DNA from: Tubiluchus corallicola
Lineage: Eukaryota; Animalia; Priapulida
DNA length: 64,000 nt
Reading direction: 5' to 3'
Assembly (NCBI GenBank): GCA_030141605.1
Contig: JAQGDQ010000886.1
Coordinates: forward strand, 19,831-83,830
The notes under the pieces are model-generated. The model did not search any database and was not told the DNA's origin. It saw only the letters and a program-made list of their open reading frames with translations. The translations under genes were made by a program, and so were the position numbers. Shown here in pieces: positions 62,798 to 64,000 of the stretch. The stretch's first letter is position 1; every line of letters starts with the position of its first letter.

Positions 62798-63999
62798 TGT
62801 CATGTTTCGCCCTACATTTAATAGTTCTCACATTATGCTTATGCAACATTAAGCCCTATTCATACCGTATATTTAATTAGTTGATATGTATGATATCTAG
62901 CTACTGGCAGTGATAGTTAATTGTATTATTAATTATTGATATTTTGTTAGGATGTAGGCACCTACTAACAAACCCCCTTTTGAATTCCGTCTGACCCACT
63001 CTTGTCTGCCCTATCGCGGCTGTAATGCAGTGGCTAAGTCAAGGTTAACGATAGTGTACAGGTGAATAAAATTATAGCTGTTTAAGCGAGTGGCTTCTCG
63101 ACGAACTTCGTTTAACACTGTTTAGATATAGACGGCAACTTGACACAGAACGAGACAGGTCGTTTACTCGTCTCTGTGAAGTTATATTTTGTTGAAGAGA
63201 AATGCCGTACTAGAACGTTTCACACAAGATATGGTGTGTAATGTACATGGTGATACTGTGAGAGCCTAGTTGGTGTAACACGTGTTCGTCAACCAGAGTT
63301 GTCCCAGAGATGCTGGCCTGCAGTCTGCAGTAGTGGAGTTAACCACTGACTGACAAATGGATCGACCTACTACAGAACCACATCCAGGGTGGTAACAGGT
63401 ACTTTTCGCTTTTGTTACGATCGTAACTAACGTCGCACTGATAACGTAAACATCACGTATACTAGCCTAATGTTCTTCGATGCTACTTGCTGGGTAAAGA
63501 CTAATTGGTAGTTTCTCTGACGAAGTTTGGAATCGCAACTGTATTCAGACGCAGAGGTTATACGACGTATTGCTACCGTTCTACAAACTGTTCGCTTTAA
63601 AGGAAAGGTGTTTCAAAAAACCTAGGTACAAAGTGGGCAGACATGAACTTTATGCAAACGTATATACCCTACTAACCCCAAGCTTTGTCAATATTGCTAT
63701 ATCTTTGTTATTACTGAACTTTTGCTTAAATCGAATCACTTTGGAATTTGTTAATGATTAAATTGTTTGATTAATTATTTTAATGTCTGCCATTTGATCT
63801 TTTTCTTTCTTCAATCCATTAGTGTATAGAATGCAAATAGGCCATAGTCCCCCGTATTTTTAACATTAGCCTTAGGCCGATCTGCATCCATACATTTAGT
63901 GACTATCATACTAGCTCCCTTCTGTTATGAGATGTAAAACTAACGCAGCATGCCCCTCTTTGATTCCCCTAGAGGAAATACAGGATCAGGGTCATCACA
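62798..63999 (+). repeat. 3' LTR (1202 bp)
   Basis: Direct repeat of the 5' LTR. The next base, G (64000), fits the start of a predicted GTAAT TSD. Confidence 0.96.
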
Positions 64000-64000
64000 G

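Larger units (their letters stand above)
56145..63999 (+). mobile_element. Full-length, defective Gmr1-like Ty3/Gypsy LTR retrotransposon
   Basis: Two ~1.2-kb TG...CA LTRs, a PBS, a PPT, and gag followed by PR-INT-RT-RNaseH. Confidence 0.96.

Overview
AT-rich eukaryotic (invertebrate-like) genomic DNA with GT-AG introns. No rRNA, CRISPR or prokaryotic features were seen. Two host genes could be spliced by hand. The first is a 4-exon nucleoside diphosphate kinase on the minus strand (12127-14677, 157 aa). The second is a divergently oriented 19-exon secreted Sushi/EGF/HYR/GCC2_GCC3 protein (SVEP1-like module set, 20246-46578, about 903 aa). The left part holds mobile DNA: a decayed CR1-like endonuclease, a young 5'-truncated LINE between (TC)n tracts, a DD41D Tc1/mariner deletion derivative, MITEs and a possible solo LTR. 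The right part holds one signal-peptide exon followed by at least 4 tandem ~1.86-kb repeats, each carrying a variant in-phase second exon. The fourth repeat is interrupted by a full-length but defective Gmr1-like Gypsy element (PR-INT-RT-RH order) whose two LTRs are mosaic.
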